From NCBI GenBank assembly GCA_964407615.1, contig CAYOWH010000003.1, positions 4,278-68,277 on the forward strand: a stretch of DNA of 64,000 nt, given 5' to 3'. The notes under the pieces are model-generated. The model did no database searches. It had not been told where the DNA came from and saw nothing but the letters and a program-made list of their open reading frames with translations. The first letter of the stretch is position 1; the number at the start of each line of letters is the position of its first letter. The translations under genes and the position numbers were made by a program. Source of the stretch: an uncultured Bacteriovoracaceae bacterium (GTDB taxonomy: Bacteria; Bdellovibrionota; UBA2428). This document shows positions 61,935 through 64,000 of the stretch, in pieces.

Positions 61935-64000
61935 GCGACTTAAACCAATTTTGAATCTCATCTAAAGTTACTTTTTCCTGAAAAGCTCCCTGAGCAGTTT
62001 TTTCGTTACCTCCGCCACGACCTTTCCAATGACCCACAAATTCTTTTAAGAAAGCTCCACTATGAAAAGAAAGCCTTGGATCAGCCGTCACGATTAAATT
62101 CAAACCCGAAACAAGAACATGCGCGGCATCAGCTGTTTTGTTTCTCAGTTGATCAGCCACTTCTCGAAGAGAATTTACAGAAACATCTTCCATCATGTGG
62201 ACGATAATTTTCTTTCCTTTAAAATTTGCCTCTAAAGAATTACTTGCCGATGAAGATCCCGAAGCTAATTTCTTTTCAAGTTCTTTAATCTTTTTCTCTA
62301 AATCAGTTTTTTCCTGAAGAAGCTTTGAAATTCTTACGGGAACCTGAGCCGATGGAACTTGTAACGTATGAGCTGCCTGATCAAGTGTTGTTTCTTTTTC
62401 AAGAAGATAGCGCACAAGAGCCTCACCCGAGCAAGCTTCAATACGTCTTGTGCCCGCAGCCACACCTTCTTCACGTAAAATTTTAAACCTTTGTATTTGC
62501 GAGGTGCGCTGAACGTGCAACCCTCCACAAAGCTCACGAGAAACAACTTGCGCTTTGTCGCTCTTTCCAATTGAAACCATGCGAACAGTGTCGCCATACT
62601 TCTCACCAAAGAGAGCCATCGCTCCCTCTTGAAGAGCTTCCTTGTAAGATTTAGTCGTAATATTCACCGCTTCATCTGCTTCAATTTGATCATTCACCCA
62701 AGTTTCAATTTTTTGAAGCTCCGTTTCGCTCAAAGCTTTTCCGTGCGAAAAGTCAAAACGCAAGCGACTTTCATCCAAAAAAGAACCTGCTTGATGAACA
62801 TGATCGCCCAAAGTTTCTCTTAGGGCCGCATGCAACAAGTGAGTGGCAGTATGGTTGCAACGAATCTTTGATCTTCTTGTGTCGTCCACTACAGCCTTTA
62901 GAGAATCTCCCACAGCCAAAGAGGAAGCACCTTCAATTCGCAAAGCCAAAGTTGAGTCTCCAACTTTTTTACAAGTTGAAACCTTAAAGACATTTCCTTT
63001 TGAATCAATTAACTGACCAGAGTCGCCTACTTGACCTCCGCTTTCTGCGTAAAAAGGACAAGGATCTATCGCTATCCAAGAAGAATTTGCTTCGCCTCTG
63101 TGAACAGCAAGAACTTTGGACTGAGCCTCAGCATTCTCATAAAAAGTTGCCTTCGTTGACAGAGCAGATTTCCATTCACGAACCTCTGGAGGAAGTGTTT
63201 CTGCTCCAGACCCCTTCCAATGAGCGCGCGATTGTTCTTGCTGTTTTGAAAGCAGAACATCAACTTTTTGCATGTCGATCGTTAATCCACGCTCTCGAGC
63301 AATCAACTGAGTCAAATCAAACGGAAATCCAAATGTGTCGTAAAGTTGAAAAACTGCTTCCGCAGGAAGGCTTTTTGAATTTGATTTCTTAAGCGCATCT
63401 TCCAAAATTTCAAGACCCCGATCAAGCGTTTCAAAGAAGCGCTCCTCTTCTTGCTTCAGAACTTCGCGAATAACGGACTCACGTACTTTAAGCTCAGGAT
63501 AAACATCTCCCAATGAATTTAGGAGAGCAGGATAAAGCTCTCCCATAAAAGGATGATGCACGCCTAGCTTATGGCCAAAGCGAACCGCTCTTCGCAAAAT
63601 TCGCCTCAAGACATAGCCTCGACCCTCATTAGAAGGCTGCACTCCATCAGCAATTAAAAAACTTGTGGAGCGCAAATGATCCACGATCACACGCACGGCA
63701 CAAAGATTTTCTCGTGATTGAAGATCAATTTTTTTCTTTAATTTATTTTCAAAAGTTGAATGAGTAAATCTCACCAAATCTGCAAGTAAATCAACCTCGT
63801 AATTGGATTGCACGCCTTGCATGACAGTTGCCATGCGCTCAAGCCCCATACCTGTATCCACCGAAGGCTTTTTGAGAGGAACGAGTGTTCCATCTTTTTG
63901 TCGATCATACTGCATGAAAACAACGTTCCAGAATTCAAGCCAACGCTCTCCATCAACGTCTTTTCCTTGATCCCAAAAAATTTCAGAACATGGTCCACAG
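61924..64000 (-). CDS. alaS: Alanine--tRNA ligase, C-terminal ~690 aa (N-terminus outside window)
   Basis: The frame is open to the window edge (CGPCSEIFWDQG...WLEFWNVVFMQYDR). It has DTGMGLERM, the editing-domain HxxxH motif (CNHTATHLLH) and CGGLHV, and a C-terminal DHHA1-like end. Confidence 0.93.
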   Translation of the reverse strand, partial: CGPCSEIFWDQGKDVDGERWLEFWNVVFMQYDRQKDGTLVPLKKPSVDTGMGLERMATVMQGVQSNYEVDLLADLVRFTHSTFENKLKKKIDLQSRENLCAVRVIVDHLRSTSFLIADGVQPSNEGRGYVLRRILRRAVRFGHKLGVHHPFMGELYPALLNSLGDVYPELKVRESVIREVLKQEEERFFETLDRGLEILEDALKKSNSKSLPAEAVFQLYDTFGFPFDLTQLIARERGLTIDMQKVDVLLSKQQEQSRAHWKGSGAETLPPEVREWKSALSTKATFYENAEAQSKVLAVHRGEANSSWIAIDPCPFYAESGGQVGDSGQLIDSKGNVFKVSTCKKVGDSTLALRIEGASSLAVGDSLKAVVDDTRRSKIRCNHTATHLLHAALRETLGDHVHQAGSFLDESRLRFDFSHGKALSETELQKIETWVNDQIEADEAVNITTKSYKEALQEGAMALFGEKYGDTVRMVSIGKSDKAQVVSRELCGGLHVQRTSQIQRFKILREEGVAAGTRRIEACSGEALVRYLLEKETTLDQAAHTLQVPSAQVPVRISKLLQEKTDLEKKIKELEKKLASGSSSASNSLEANFKGKKIIVHMMEDVSVNSLREVADQLRNKTADAAHVLVSGLNLIVTADPRLSFHSGAFLKEFVGHWKGRGGGNEKTAQGAFQEKVTLDEIQNWFKSHAG

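Noticed and set aside
1-64000. Search for CRISPR arrays, IS elements/transposases, prophage genes, toxin-antitoxin pairs, reverse transcriptases and known defence-system genes
   Set aside because: By-eye inspection of the ORF translations and intergenic spacers found none. The only repeats seen are short (the 11-bp tandem, the GCN tract and low-complexity coding repeats).

Overview
All calls below were made by eye from motifs, and no database search or computation was run. This is an AT-rich bacterial chromosomal window (GC looks like roughly 40% by eye, not computed). It is densely coding on both strands, with about 64 protein genes and one tRNA-Lys(UUU). I saw no rRNA, CRISPR array, transposase, integrase or phage genes.

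Most of the window is housekeeping: typA (5' partial), fumC, spoVG, tsaB, apaG, an htrA-like protease, ugd, serA plus a class-V aminotransferase, uvrB, folE2, hemB, asnS, an M3 peptidase, citrate synthase and alaS (partial at the 3' edge). A GldA/F/G-like ABC-2 transporter sits beside the tRNA.

Four blocks look accessory or unusual:
1. 23.7-31.1 kb holds a Bat-like operon: MoxR, DUF58, a TM protein, BatA, a fused BatB/BatC, and BatD.
2. 31.0-35.8 kb holds a tightly coupled minus-strand operon: an input-less histidine kinase, an acidic coiled-coil protein, a metallophosphoesterase, an SH3b protein fused to a beta-barrel, and a secreted SH3b protein.
3. 43.9-53.9 kb holds glycan-priming genes followed by a Tad/Flp-type pilus locus. 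The locus has three tandem Flp-like pilins (one is missing from the supplied ORF track), two pseudopilins, CpaB with a poly-Ala tail, a secretin, a single-ORF TadZ-TadA (ParA-like plus CpaF) fusion, and only one platform gene.
4. 53.9-56.7 kb holds a short toxin-less YD-repeat protein flanked by two secreted Gln/Met/Gly/Pro-rich small proteins.

The Tad locus together with the adjacent YD/Q-rich cluster is my best candidate for an undescribed system. It may be Kil-like, that is, related to contact-dependent prey killing, but that is inference. The gene content is compatible with a Bdellovibrionota/Bacteriovoracaceae-like organism. That too is inference only.
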